Shown in pieces: positions 57,668 to 64,000 of a DNA stretch of 64,000 nt. The notes beneath the pieces were generated by a model, which was not told the DNA's origin, made no database searches, and saw nothing but the letters and a program-made list of their open reading frames with translations. Source of the DNA: an uncultured Chloroflexia bacterium (lineage in GTDB: Bacteria > Chloroflexota > Limnocylindria > Limnocylindrales > CSP1-4); NCBI GenBank assembly GCA_963712745.1, contig CAVQJC010000011.1, forward strand, positions 320,001-384,000. The letters are read 5' to 3'. A program made the position numbers and the translations under genes. The first letter of the stretch is position 1. Every line of letters begins with the position of its first letter.

Positions 57668-58561
57668 CTAGCTGGTACGAACGGACGGTGCGCCGACGGC
57701 GATGTGGTGGGTGGCCTGGTCTCGCGCTGCGCGCATGAGGTGGGTCAGGAGGATGGCGCTGGTGAGCGGGCCCACGCCGCCGGGCACGGGCGTGATGGCG
57801 GAAGCGACCTGCGAGACCGACTCGAAGTCGACGTCGCCGACGAGCCCATCGTCGGTCACGTTGATGCCGACGTCGATGACGACCGCGCCTTCCTTCAGCA
57901 TCTCGCCGGTGACGAGTCCGGCCCGGCCTGCGGCCACGACCACCACGTCCGCCTCTCGCAGGACGGCTCCGAGATCGGGCGTGCGCGAGTGACACATCGT
58001 GACCGTGGCGTGCTCACGCAGCAGTAGGAGCGATGCCGGCTTGCCGATGACGTTTGAGCGGCCGACCACAGCGGCACGCGACCCTGCCAGCTCGATGCCC
58101 GAGTGCTTGAGCAGCTCGACCGAGGCGTGTGCGGTGGCCGGCAGGTAGCCCTCGTAGCCGAGCGCGAGCAGCCCGGCGTTGAGGGGGTGGATGCCGTCGA
58201 TGTCCTTGCGCGGGTCGAGCGTGTCGAGTACGACGCGTAGCGGGATGCAATCGGGCAGCGGCTGCTGGACGATGATGCCGGCCACCTCGCGCTCCTGGCC
58301 GAGCGCGCCGATGGCGCGAGCCAGCTCCGTCTCGGAGCAGTCACCTTCGAGCTCCACGAGGCGGCCGGCCAGCCCGACGCGCTCGCAGCCATCGAGGATC
58401 TTGCGCAAGTAGACCAGCGACGGGGCATCGGCGCCTGCGACGACGATGGCGAGCTCCGGCGCGTAGCCGAACTCCGCCTTGAACGCGACCACGTCAGCGG
58501 CCACGGTCTCGCGGATCTCAGCCGCGATGGGACCTCCCTTGAGCAGCTCGGCGGCCATCAA
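57668..58561 (-). CDS. folD: Bifunctional methylene-THF dehydrogenase/cyclohydrolase
   Basis: KDIDG.HP.N, VGRSNVIGKP, IDVG, GDVD and TPVPGGVGP. Confidence 0.96.
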   Translation of the reverse strand: MMAAELLKGGPIAAEIRETVAADVVAFKAEFGYAPELAIVVAGADAPSLVYLRKILDGCERVGLAGRLVELEGDCSETELARAIGALGQEREVAGIIVQQPLPDCIPLRVVLDTLDPRKDIDGIHPLNAGLLALGYEGYLPATAHASVELLKHSGIELAGSRAAVVGRSNVIGKPASLLLLREHATVTMCHSRTPDLGAVLREADVVVVAAGRAGLVTGEMLKEGAVVIDVGINVTDDGLVGDVDFESVSQVASAITPVPGGVGPLTSAILLTHLMRAARDQATHHIAVGAPSVRTS

Positions 58562-58585
58562 CGCTCCTCCCTGTGGACCTTCAGG

Positions 58586-59623
58586 CTACGCGAATCTGCC
58601 CGCGCGGAAGGCCTCGATGAACTGCATACCGAAGGCGTCCTCGCCAGTGAGCATGGCCTTGGCCAGCGTATAGGCCTCCGAATCGCGATCGGGGTCCAGG
58701 GCCGCCTGCACGTCGGCGACCGGGTCGATGATGCCGCTGTCCTGGCCGGCCTGGACGCAGAGGTCGAGGAAGACGTCGCTGATGATGCGGCGGGCCGGCA
58801 GGCCGAAGCTGATGTTGCTGACGCCGCCGGTGATGTGGATCTCTTCGCCGAAGCGCTCGCGGATGGTGCTCACCGCGTCCAGGTAGGCCTGCCCGGCCAG
58901 GGGGTCCACGCCGATGGGGATGACCAGCGGGTCGACGTAGAGGGAGTCGGCCGGCAGCCCCATCTCGTAGGCCAGGCCGATGATCTCCTCGGCCCGTTCG
59001 ATGCGGTCCTGGGTCCCTGACGGCATCGATCGGCCGGTGCACGAGAGCACGACCGGCGTGCCCCGTTCCTTGACCAGGTCCAGCACCTCCGGGCGCTCGA
59101 CATTGGCGGAGTTGACCATGGGCGTGGCGCCGCCGGCCCAGGCCGGGTCGATGGCCTCGAGGCCCGCCTTGAGCACCGCGGCGTCGGACGAGTCGATGGA
59201 GAGTGGGACCGACGAAGCCGGTCCTACGGCTGCCACGAGCCACTTCATGGCGTCGAGCCGGCCGACGACCTCCGGGCTGATCTCGTCCACGTTGAGGTCC
59301 AGATAGTGGGCTCCGCCGGCGATCTGCCGCTCCGCCATCCAGGCCACGTAGCGCGCGGCCACGTCGGCGTCCGGGCCACCGGCCAGGCCATCGCGGACCG
59401 CGGCCATCACATGCTTGATGCGGTCGCTGGTGGTGAACTCCTTGGACTCGAGGATCGACTCCGGCAGCGGCACCCAGGACTCGCCGTCACCGTCGGGGAA
59501 GCGCACGCCGGGGCGGCCGTCGGGCGCCACGCCGCCGCGGATGCCTTCGCGCTTGACGACTCGGCTGCAGTGGATGTTCTCGCCGATGATGATGAAGTCC
59601 TGGGCGCCCACGGCGTCGGTCAC
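58586..59623 (-). CDS. Pterin-binding (DHPS-fold) corrinoid:THF methyltransferase, MT2/AcsE-like, with an N-terminal insertion
   Basis: IIIGENIH, GAHYLDLNVD, LSIDSS, MVNS, YVDPLV and GVSNISFGLP.R. Confidence 0.88.
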   Translation of the reverse strand: MTDAVGAQDFIIIGENIHCSRVVKREGIRGGVAPDGRPGVRFPDGDGESWVPLPESILESKEFTTSDRIKHVMAAVRDGLAGGPDADVAARYVAWMAERQIAGGAHYLDLNVDEISPEVVGRLDAMKWLVAAVGPASSVPLSIDSSDAAVLKAGLEAIDPAWAGGATPMVNSANVERPEVLDLVKERGTPVVLSCTGRSMPSGTQDRIERAEEIIGLAYEMGLPADSLYVDPLVIPIGVDPLAGQAYLDAVSTIRERFGEEIHITGGVSNISFGLPARRIISDVFLDLCVQAGQDSGIIDPVADVQAALDPDRDSEAYTLAKAMLTGEDAFGMQFIEAFRAGRFA

Positions 59624-61116
59624 GAGTCGTCTCCTTCGGTGCTGGCGGTGGAACGGCCGTAGTGGTCGCGGCCGAGGAACGTGTTGGCCCAGGCGCTTGT
59701 GCCGCGAAGGGCGTTGTCCTGGAGTACGGGCTCGCGTTCCAGCATGGTCTCAGCCTCGCCGTAGGGGCGGAGGCGATCGTAGGCGACGGCCCAGACACAG
59801 GGTTTGCCGGGCACCTCGCACTCTCCCTCGAGCGACCCGCCACAGGGGCCGTTGCGCTGGTTCTTGGCACAGGCGCCTTCGGGACACTGGTAGGCGATGT
59901 CCGGGAGCGAGCAGTCGCCGCAGTCCTGGCAGTCGAACATGGGGATCTTGACGGCCTGCTCGAAGACGTGAGCCGGCCACATCAGGTGGGCTGACTCGAG
60001 GCGTTCGTAGGCACCACGGGCCACGGAGAACCCACGCGATCCGGGGTCGAAGGCGAGGTCGTGGACGAGCCGGTTGAAGCGGTACTTGAGCGGTACCCGC
60101 TTGGTCCTGGTCGGCTTGGTGGGCTGACCCGAGGCCAGCTGCGGAACGTCGCCCTGCTCGTAGAGCCGATACGGTGCCGGCTCGGGGAAGTGGATGTCCG
60201 GGAGCAGGGCCTGCCACTCGGACCGGTAGTCGTTAGCCATGCTCAGGACCTTGTCGATCTCGGCCACGTTGCGCTGGCCGGCGATGTAGGCACCGGCGAA
60301 GCCCAGGCCACGCACGACCGCGACCTGCTTAGCCGCGAATTCGAGGAATGCGGCACGGCCCTTGTCGTCCGCGGCCGCCCGCTCATCGGCCCAGGCCTTG
60401 AGTTCGTCACTAAGGCGGATGCCGGGCACGCCGTTGGTGTTGAAGACCCGCGCCACGCCCTTGCTCAGGATGTAGACCGAGGCCATCAGCGGGACCGGCC
60501 TCGGCTGGCTCGTGTTCCAATGCAACAGCTCCGACCAGCTGCGCGTGTCGTAGCCGACTTGCGCGATGGCCAGGTCCGCCCCGGAGCGGACCTTGAGCGC
60601 CAGCTTGAGGTACTGCGGCACGAGGTCCGCTTCGACGGCCTTGAAGGGATTGACCGCGCAGCCGACGGTGAAGCGAGGCCCGGACTTAGAGGCCTCGCGC
60701 ATCATCGAGATGAGCCCCACCGAGTCGATATCGAAGACCGCGCGCGAGCGCCCCTTGAAGCCCTCCCTGGGGTAGTCGCCGCTGAGCGCCAGGGCGTTGG
60801 TCAGGCCCGAGCTGGCCAGTCCGTAGACGGTCGACTGCAGGGCAGCCCGGCTGCGGTCGCGACAGGCCAGGTGGACGACGCACTCGCCACCCATCTGCTG
60901 GATGGCCTGGCCCAGGGTGAGTGGGCCCAGGCGCACGAAGCCGCCGGCATTGTCGGTCACGGTCAGGGCCGTGATGCGGGGATCGGCGGACAGCTCGCGG
61001 GCGGTCTCGCGGTGGCGCTCACCGGCCTCGTCCTGGAGCGGGCCGGCCCAGGGCACCAGCTCCACGAGCGTGGTGCTGCCATCGTTGCGCGCGAGGGAGT
61101 CTGCGAAGGCGGTCAT
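59620..61116 (-). CDS. metF: MetF-MetV fusion methylene-THF reductase (copy 2, diverged paralog)
   Basis: TDNAGG, HLACRDR and SGDYP; C-terminal CQDCGDC..CP..C.KNQRNGPCGG; ATG at 61116. Confidence 0.9.
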   Translation of the reverse strand: MTAFADSLARNDGSTTLVELVPWAGPLQDEAGERHRETARELSADPRITALTVTDNAGGFVRLGPLTLGQAIQQMGGECVVHLACRDRSRAALQSTVYGLASSGLTNALALSGDYPREGFKGRSRAVFDIDSVGLISMMREASKSGPRFTVGCAVNPFKAVEADLVPQYLKLALKVRSGADLAIAQVGYDTRSWSELLHWNTSQPRPVPLMASVYILSKGVARVFNTNGVPGIRLSDELKAWADERAAADDKGRAAFLEFAAKQVAVVRGLGFAGAYIAGQRNVAEIDKVLSMANDYRSEWQALLPDIHFPEPAPYRLYEQGDVPQLASGQPTKPTRTKRVPLKYRFNRLVHDLAFDPGSRGFSVARGAYERLESAHLMWPAHVFEQAVKIPMFDCQDCGDCSLPDIAYQCPEGACAKNQRNGPCGGSLEGECEVPGKPCVWAVAYDRLRPYGEAETMLEREPVLQDNALRGTSAWANTFLGRDHYGRSTASTEGDDS

Positions 61117-61130
61117 CGGTCCTGCGTCCT

Positions 61131-61192
61131 GTGGGAGCTGCACGGCTCGGGGCTGACGGTACACCCTGAGGCTCCCACGTCAACCGGTTGAC
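61131..61192 (-). promoter_or_regulatory. Structured leader upstream of the metF2-MT2-folD-fhs operon: 8-bp stem plus a 14-bp perfect palindrome
   Basis: GTGGGAGC (61131-61138) and GCTCCCAC (61171-61178); GTCAACCGGTTGAC at 61179-61192. Confidence 0.4.
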
Positions 61193-61279
61193 CAACAGGT
61201 CCGAAAGGCCCGCTCCATGCCCCCGAACGGACAGGTGCGGCCCTGCAGACCGCCTTCACGACCTCACGAGAAAGCGCAC

Positions 61280-62537
61280 CTAGCGATACTCGTCGACGGC
61301 CTCGAACATGGCCTCGATGTTCTCCGGCGGGATGTCCGGCAGCATGTTGTGGGCGGTGGCGAAGACGAAGCCGCCGCCTGGCGCGAAGGTCTCGATGTTG
61401 CGCCGGACGTGCTCGCGGACCTCCTCTGGTGTGCCCTTGGGCAGGACCCTGCGGGTGTCCGCGCCGCCGCCCCAGAAGGTGATCTCCGCGCCGAACTCCG
61501 CCTTGAGCCGCTCCGGCTCCATGTTCGCTGCCGAGATCTGGACCGGGTTGAGGATGTCGACGCCCGTCTCGATGATGTCCGGCAGCAGGTCATACAGCGA
61601 GCCGCACGAATGCAGGAACGTCTTCATCGAGCTGCGCTCGTGGACATAGGCGTTGAGCGCTGCGTGCCGCGGCTTGAAGATGGTCCGGTAGGTGTCGGGC
61701 GACATCAGCGGGCCGTTGTCCATGCCCAGGTCGTCGCCGAAGCGGACGATGTCGACGATGTCGCCGACCGACTCGATGACGTGGTCGAGCGTGGCGAAGT
61801 GGAGCTCCAGCAGCGCGTCGAGCAGGCGCTCGACGTTGGCCTGGTCGACGACGAGGTCCATGAGGAAGTTGTCGATGCGCCGCAGGAAGGTGCCCCACTC
61901 GAAGAGGTTGCAGCCGACCACCACCATGAGCGCGCGATCGGTCGACGCTCGCAGCGCCAGCGTCTGCCTGCGCAGTGTCCCCCAGAAGCCGTCGTCGCCG
62001 GCGTGGTCCCAGGGGCTGTGCACGAGGCCTGACCAGAGCACCAGCGGCATGACCTCAGCAAGGCTGGAGAGGTCGTCCGGGTAGCCGTCCACATAGGGGA
62101 AGTAGGTCTGATCGAAGAAGGCCGCACCACGTGGCATCGACGCGATGCGCAGGCCGTCAGCGGTGAAGGCGTCGAGGGCGCCGTTCTCCTGTCGGACCGG
62201 GTCGAACCAGGCCGGGTATCTCGGTCTCGATACCGCTGGGCAGCGTCAGCGGCTTCCAGTCGGCGTCGCTGGTGTCGAAGGTCCGTCCGATGTCCATCAC
62301 GTCGATGCGCAGCCGGTCGAGCAGTTCGTCAGACGGCTGAGCCAGCTGCTGGACCACGTCGTACACCCGTGTGTGCTGGTCGGCCAGGCCCAGGTGCCGC
62401 ACGAAGTTGGCGTGAGCGACCGCGGAGATGCCCGAGCTCGGAGTCGAACCCAGGTCCACCGGCAATCGGTCTGGCTCCCGGTGTTCGATACTCGCGAGGA
62501 CTCGCTGGCGCGGTGTCATCGGATCGATGGTTGACAC
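61280..62537 (-). CDS. UroD/MtaA-CmuA family (uroporphyrinogen decarboxylase-fold) protein; +1 frameshift near 62219
   Basis: MTPRQRVLA...HREPDR.P, GDDLG, HSCG, LNPVQ, FWGGG and PGGGFVF...HN; GGGAGG RBS before GTG 62537. Confidence 0.88.
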
Positions 62538-62787
62538 GGACGACCTCCCTGCTCGATATGGCTGCCAGTATCGTTCGTATCCCGTTCGAGGACAGTGCGG
62601 AGGGCCACGGAGGGCGAGCTCATGACCACCGCCGTCACTCGCCCGGCCGCACGCGACCCTCGCTTCGGACTGGTCGAGCCTGCCGAGGTGGACGGGGGCC
62701 GCCAGCGCGTGCCACAGCGGCCGCGCCATCTCCGATCTGCGATGAGCGTCGATCTCTTCGAGCGTGTCCGCCTGGGGCGGGCCCCGC

Positions 62788-63093
62788 GGCGAACCCGACC
62801 CCGGACGCGAGGTTCCCCTATGCCCCCGCACCGCCGGCCCTGCTGGAGCGGGCGCTCGCCATCAAGGCCATCCGTGTTCGCCACGGCGTGCCCCTTCGTG
62901 CGGCGGCGCTCCGGTTCGTTCTAGGCCACCCGCTGGTGGTCTCGGTGACAGCCGGCGTGCGCTCCATCGCGCACCTCGACGATGCCTTGGCCAACCTGCG
63001 CCACCCCATCCGGCCACGCTCTGGGACGAGTTGCGTGATGAGGGTCCGCTGCCGGACGGCGTGCCGACCCCGGGGAGCCGGCCACAGCCCTGA
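62788..63093 (+). pseudogene. C-terminal remnant of an aldo/keto reductase (D-threo-aldose dehydrogenase-like)
   Basis: F.YAPAP..LLERA.......RHGVPLRAAAL.F.L.HP.V..V..G.RS, then after a shift near 63010 LWDELR.EG.L; the catalytic N-terminal part is absent. Confidence 0.65.
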
Positions 63094-63118
63094 CCGACCC
63101 CAGCCCTGGAGGGCGTGG

Positions 63119-64000
63119 CTACGCCTCCGGCAGGTCCAGCGGGTACTGTCCGAACTCGCGCACGAGCTTGACGATGAGGTCGTAGGTCTGGCCCGAGACG
63201 TCGCTCGAGACCGAGTGGTCCGACATGAAGACGTAGCCGCCGCCGTAGGCGGCGCGGAGCCGGTGCAGCACCTCGCGACGGATCTCGTCAGCGTCGCCGC
63301 GTTCCCACACGCGCATGTCGCTGTTGCCGCAGAACGTGAGCCGGTGGCCCAGGCGTTCCCGCAGCTCGACCACGTCCAGGTCGGCCTTGGCCTCGAGCGG
63401 GTTGTAGCCGTCGAGCCCGATCTCGATCATGTCCTCGAGGTAGCTGTTGGCGTTGCCGCAGCCGTGGAAGATGACCGGCAGGCCGTGCGAGTGGGACAGC
63501 TCGATAATGCGTGCGATGGTGGGCTTGTAGTACTTGCGCCAGTAGGTCGGGCCCATGAACAGGCCCTTCTTGTAGGCCGCATCGCCCCAGATGACCATGC
63601 CGTCAAGGAGTCCTCCGGCGGCCTCGATCTGGGCCTTGGCCACCTCGTAGCTGAACTCGCCGATGCGCAGCAGCTGCTCCCCGAAGCGTTCGGGATACTC
63701 GCCGATCCAGGTCAGCGTGTTGAGCTGGCCGAGCAGGCGGGTAGTGATCTCAGAGGCCTCGGTGATGCTGCCGTAGACGGGGAAGTCGGCATGCAGCGAG
63801 CGGACCGTCTCTACCCACGGCGGGCTGTTGCGCTCGAAGCCGTCACCCACGCCAGCGATCTGGTTGTCGCCGGCCTCGAAGTAGCGCCGGCGATCCGCAC
63901 GGGTCGTCGAACTCGAACGCCTCCATCTTCTCGATGGTCTCGGTGTCCCAGCTGATCTGCTCCGGCATGGGCAGGTCGAATCGCTTGCGGATGGTCGTCT
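63119..64000 (-). CDS. UroD/MtaA family protein, 5' end outside the window; +1 frameshift near 63899
   Basis: IWGD.AY, IFHGCG, NPLEAKA, GGGYVF.SDHSV and SGQTYD motifs. Confidence 0.85.
   Translation of the reverse strand, partial: RRPSASDSTCPCRSRSAGTPRPSRRWRRSSSTTRADRRRYFEAGDNQIAGVGDGFERNSPPWVETVRSLHADFPVYGSITEASEITTRLLGQLNTLTWIGEYPERFGEQLLRIGEFSYEVAKAQIEAAGGLLDGMVIWGDAAYKKGLFMGPTYWRKYYKPTIARIIELSHSHGLPVIFHGCGNANSYLEDMIEIGLDGYNPLEAKADLDVVELRERLGHRLTFCGNSDMRVWERGDADEIRREVLHRLRAAYGGGYVFMSDHSVSSDVSGQTYDLIVKLVREFGQYPLDLPEA

Overview
High-GC bacterial window with no rRNA, tRNA, transposase, integrase or cas genes. The style suggests Actinomycetota or Chloroflexota, which is an inference. 1-8.4 kb: secreted Kelch-repeat protein, SDR, LLM/F420-type oxidoreductase and a DeoR-controlled 2-oxoacid/acetoin dehydrogenase-like operon (probably fused E1alpha/beta, plus E2). 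8.4-15.8 kb: two hypothetical membrane proteins (one with 3x207-bp repeats), an XpaC-like/TelA/SBP-vWA operon and a 92-bp GTGCAC-rich tandem repeat. 16-24.6 kb: two tandem paralogous pseudo-cyclase/STAND-ATPase/TPR giants, each with a conserved promoter; the second is translationally coupled to a nitrilase-fold enzyme (candidate undescribed sensing/defence system). 24.7-64 kb: a near-complete Wood-Ljungdahl locus. It contains FdhA-NuoF-NuoE-like formate dehydrogenase, an A/V-type ATPase operon whose A and B subunits read as one 1156-aa ORF, cooC-cooS-acsB-acsC-acsV-cooC2-DUF3786-acsD-acsE, two MetF-MetV fusions, FolD, a second pterin methyltransferase and three UroD/MtaA-family genes. The Fdh/ATPase/CODH-ACS block (about 28 kb) is bracketed by two apparently identical, same-orientation fhs copies. 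About nine apparent short indels (mostly single-base) split genes, many otherwise intact, and are most likely long-read errors. This weakens any fusion or pseudogene call.
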